This document shows, piece after piece, positions 63,758-64,000 of a stretch of DNA of 64,000 nt; the first letter of the stretch is position 1, and each line of letters opens with the position of its first letter. The notes beneath the pieces were generated by a model that saw only the letters and a list, made by a program, of their open reading frames with translations, was not told where the DNA came from and did not search any database. Source of the stretch: a virus (taxonomy: Duplodnaviria; Caudoviricetes); IMG/VR virus record IMGVR_UViG_3300044656_000252, positions 12,232-76,231 of that record. One strand, given 5' to 3'. A program made the translations under genes and the position numbers.

Positions 63758-64000
63758 GTCCGCCTCCACCGTCCATGATCAAATGCAAGCGTGGGTTTTT
63801 TGCGGGGATCGCCGAAAGTGGGACCGCTGAAGTCGTATCCGCCCGCGCTGAGCTGGAACGATAGCAGGGTCTAGTCATGAACGTCGAGTTCTAGCCATAC
63901 CCGCAGGTCAAGACGGTTTCATGGGTTTGGGTAAGGTCGAGCAGCCATGATCCACAGTGTGGCCCCGCGTGACTCCGGATCGATCAGCAACCGGACGGCC

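Larger units (their letters stand above)
1..63910. mobile_element. Temperate siphovirus-type prophage carrying a TraB-type transfer module; left end lies outside the window and att sites were not identified
   Basis: Complete head-tail-lysis cluster, replication/recombination early operon, cI/cro pair, xis-like gene and tyrosine integrase; no sheath gene seen. Confidence 0.93.

Noticed and set aside
63770-64000. attR or tRNA target next to integrase
   Set aside because: No tRNA-like fold or T-arm motif seen, and no partner repeat in the window

Overview
High-GC actinobacterial temperate siphophage, most likely a prophage. Small accessory genes near the integrase resemble Pseudonocardiaceae-type proteins, so the host assignment is inference. 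The + strand (1-38.6 kb) carries pre-terminase accessory genes (HNH-like, VIT1/CCC1-like, JAB/Mov34 peptidase, minimal nucleotidyltransferase), then terminase, portal, MuF-like protein, scaffold, capsid, neck and tail genes (with a -1 chaperone frameshift), tape measure, tail tip and lysis genes. These are followed by a plasmid/AICE-type transfer module: DUF2637/Spd-like, TraA-like, a TraB FtsK-type translocase, a dense GTGGACC repeat array resembling a clt locus, and a GntR regulator. The - strand (58.2 to 38.7 kb) carries the early operon: cro, xis, DEDDh and PD-(D/E)XK nucleases, ERF, adenine methylase, HNH, replication initiator with iterons, DnaC-like loader, WhiB, RusA-like, HIT and deoxyribosyltransferase-like genes. 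The two arms converge on a hairpin at about 38.68 kb. A cI-like repressor, a Nudix plus XRE-TPR cassette and a tyrosine integrase close the right end. The strongest novelty candidates are (1) an integrative tailed phage that also appears to encode a TraB/clt conjugative transfer system, and (2) a shared double-glycine N-terminal leader on scaffold and capsid, with two phage-encoded proteases of classes known to cut after Gly-Gly. All family assignments come from motif recognition by eye; no database searches were run.
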